DNA from: a bacterium
GTDB taxonomy: Bacteria; Patescibacteriota; Saccharimonadia; Saccharimonadales; JAUPVS01
Assembly (NCBI GenBank): GCA_029780855.1
Contig: JAKOXV010000018.1
Coordinates: 54,104-118,103, forward strand
Direction: 5' to 3'
Length of the DNA: 64,000 bases
This document shows, piece by piece, positions 63,669-64,000 of this stretch. How positions within the stretch are numbered: the first letter of the stretch is position 1; each line of letters starts with the position of its first letter. A program made the position numbers and the translations under genes. The notes beneath the pieces are model-generated. The model saw only the letters and a program-made list of their open reading frames with translations. It searched no databases and was not told the DNA's origin.

Positions 63669-64000
63669 TTCCCACCCTCCATAAGCTCAATGAGCTGCTG
63701 TTTGCTACCAGTAAGATACTGGCGCAAACTAAAATCAAAGTATTTGTTTGTAGTGCGTACGATACACCCAGCCGCAATGCTTGGCTGTAAACCGACCTGC
63801 AGTAGCGTTAGGGGATGGACCTCTTTCCTGAACCAGCTCACGAGCTTTTGTAAGAAGGCACTGGTAGGCTCAGCAGCAAAACTTAGATGAATAACCGGCG
63901 CCTGTACTTTGAGCGTTTTTAAAATATCTTCCAGCTTTTGGAGCTGGTCAACGTGCAGCAAGTTTACGGCGTTCTCTTCAGCTATCTCTTCAAGCATTCG
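63665..64000 (-). CDS. atpH: F0F1 ATP synthase subunit delta, C-terminal part (frame open to the right window edge)
   Basis: Position directly upstream of atpA with a 4-nt overlap. The frame stays open through base 64000. Confidence 0.7.
   Translation of the reverse strand, partial: RMLEEIAEENAVNLLHVDQLQKLEDILKTLKVQAPVIHLSFAAEPTSAFLQKLVSWFRKEVHPLTLLQVGLQPSIAAGCIVRTTNKYFDFSLRQYLTGSKQQLIELMEGGK

Overview
This 64-kb chromosomal segment comes from a compact, AT-leaning (about 40-45% GC by eye) bacterium. Genes are tightly packed, often with 4-nt overlaps. Several housekeeping proteins are shorter than usual (AlaRS 652 aa, UvrC 500 aa, ATP synthase beta 434 aa). No outer-membrane genes are seen. 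Together this suggests a reduced-genome monoderm lineage such as CPR/Patescibacteria (Saccharibacteria-like), but that is inference only. Core genes present: htpX-lemA, uvrC, uvrA, sbcB, obg, mltG-ruvX, an ftsA-like gene, alaS, mnmA, secG, rplY, trhO, and the F1 part of an ATP synthase operon (atpHAGDC, running off the right edge). Seven tRNA genes are present, all with encoded CCA. No rRNA genes and no CRISPR array are visible. Main accessory content: (1) A roughly 13.5-kb integrative element sits at tRNA-Gly(GCC). It carries a large serine recombinase, a replication/maintenance module of unknown proteins, and a copper/zinc resistance cargo (CDF transporter, csoR, a Met/His-rich protein, DUF305, DUF3105, CPH-type P1B ATPase). 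A small nucleotidyltransferase cassette flanked by 29-bp direct repeats lies at its far end. (2) A seven-gene cell-surface locus (51.3-58.6 kb) encodes four paralogous secreted beta-rich proteins sharing a C-terminal GxY..VA[TQ][YF] end. It also encodes a membrane-anchored PapD/DUF916-like chaperone-type protein and a PKD-domain protein. I consider this the best candidate for an undescribed fibre or adhesin assembly system. (3) A 449-bp, roughly 60% GC insert is bounded by 13-bp inverted repeats and encodes an 80-aa two-TM protein. (4) Four tRNA loci are flanked by degenerate copies of their own ends. (5) Two candidate structured RNA leaders are present. All function calls rest on motif recognition in the supplied translations and on my own reading of the DNA. 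No database search was run.
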